Shown here: piece by piece, positions 62,585 to 64,000 of the stretch
How the letters are laid out: every line of letters begins with the position of its first letter
Numbering within the stretch: position 1 is the first letter of the stretch
NCBI RefSeq assembly: GCF_009914755.1
Contig: NC_060944.1
Strand: one strand, 5' to 3'
From: the human T2T-CHM13v2.0 reference genome, Homo sapiens
Length of the DNA: 64,000 nucleotides
The notes under the pieces: generated by a model
What the model saw: only the letters and a program-made list of their open reading frames with translations
Databases searched by the model: none
Told to the model about the DNA's origin: nothing
Program-made: the position numbers and the translations under genes

Positions 62585-63114
62585 CAGCAGTCCCCAACTT
62601 TTTGGGCACCAGGAACCGGTTTCATGAAAGACATTTTTCCACTGACCAGGTGCAGGGGCTTGTGGGGGGGTGGCTTCGGGATGATTCAAGTGCAGTACAT
62701 TTATTGTGTACTTTATTTCTATTATTACTACATTGCAATATATAATGAAATAATTATACAGCTTACCTTAATGTGGAATCAATGGGAGCCCTGAGCTTGT
62801 TTTCCTGCAAGTAGATGGTCCCATCTGGGGGTGAGAGGAGACAGTGGCAGATATCAGGGATTAGATTTTAATAAGGAGTGCACAACCTAGATCCCTCACA
62901 TGCACCATTCACAATAGGATTCACACTTCTATGAGAACCTAATGCCACCACTGATCTGACAGGAGGCGGAGCTCTGGTGGTAAAGCAAGCAATGGGGAGC
63001 AGCTGTAAATACAGATGAAGCTTCACTTACTTGCCCACTGCTCACCTCCTGCTGTGCAGCCTGGCTCTTAACAGGCCACAGACCACTCCATGGCCCAAGG
63101 ATCGGGGACCCATG
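62585..63114 (+). mobile_element. MER1A (hAT-Charlie)
   Basis: TIRs cagcagtccccaa / tcggggacccatg, ~530 bp, 8-bp flanks atctaagg and atctaacc. Confidence 0.88.
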
Positions 63115-63669
63115 ATCTAACCCAATAACTCTCACATGCTGCAACCCTGGCCACAAGGAAGGTGACAGGACTTAGGGCTAGGGGAATAACTTCAGCAGAG
63201 GAAGTGGCTCCTCAGCTAGGTTGAAAACATGCAGGGATTTCTAGCAGGCCTGAACCTGGAGGTGCAGGATGATGCTGCAGAGAGGGAGATGCTTATCTCA
63301 TCATGCAGGGAGTGAATGCTAGTGACCGGTTGAGGCAGTTTGAGCAGGACTTTTTACCTGGTGGAAGGCAAAGGAATCCAGTGTCTTCAGACCCCTCAGG
63401 CAGGAGGGGGTCCAAGGGAACATACACCAACCACAGCCCCCTTTCCACCATGGCCTGCAAGAGGAGAGGTCACGTGGACCTCTTGCTCTTGGCAGAAACT
63501 TCTCTCTACTTCCTTGATCATGAAAGTTTTGTTGCAAAGTCAACAAGACTAAAGCATGTGCTTGTGACTTGGTTGTTCCACATTCTAAAACAAGATTCTC
63601 AACTTCTTGACATGGAATCAAGTTTATTGACAAAACGCATTACACAGACCTCCTTTTGAAGAGCCATGG

Positions 63670-64000
63670 TTCTTCACGGTTTCCTATTGTTGTATAACAT
63701 ATTACCACAAACTTAGCTGCTTAAAACAACCCACACTTATTATCTCATAGGTTCTGTGGGTCAGGAGTCTAGGCATGGCTTAGCAGAGTCCTCTGCTTAA
63801 GGTTTGACCAGGCTGCAATCAAGGTGCTGGCTGGGGCTGTGATCCCATTTGAGCTCGAGATTCTTTTCCAGGCTCACTGGTTGTTGGTGGAATTCAGTTC
63901 CTGGCAGTTATAGAATGGAGGCCTCCAACTCCTAGAGGCTGCATGGCAGTTGCTGCAACGTAGTCCTCTACACTCATGGCAGTTTACTTCTTCAAGATGA
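63670..64000 (-). mobile_element. MaLR LTR (MLT1E/F-like), runs off the window end
   Basis: ttaccacaaacttag..gcttaaaacaac...gttctgtgggtcaggag motif. Confidence 0.8.

Overview
Human (or very closely related primate) genomic DNA, not microbial. The only intact protein-coding gene is the KRAB/C2H2 gene ZNF133 (+ strand). Its three coding exons are 4769-4889, 5380-5475 and 14157/14160-15904, giving 654/653 aa, with a polyA signal at 16055. The rest is mostly layered transposable-element debris: old L1M fragments, about 18 Alu elements or fragments, a full-length but dead L1PA3/4, a MER4-group provirus, solo LTRs, MaLR LTRs, and Tigger/MER/MADE1 DNA transposons. Several retrocopied RNAs are also present: a Y4 RNA, a U13 snoRNA, a probable long 3'UTR retrocopy and a short orphan polyadenylated insert. 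The least explained structure is an old, decayed tandem array of about 17 units of ~86 bp at ~20020-21482, with A/T tracts phased about every 10 bp. I found no convincing evidence of a new multi-gene system. Repeat subfamily names come from recalled consensus sequences, and most repeat boundaries are approximate.
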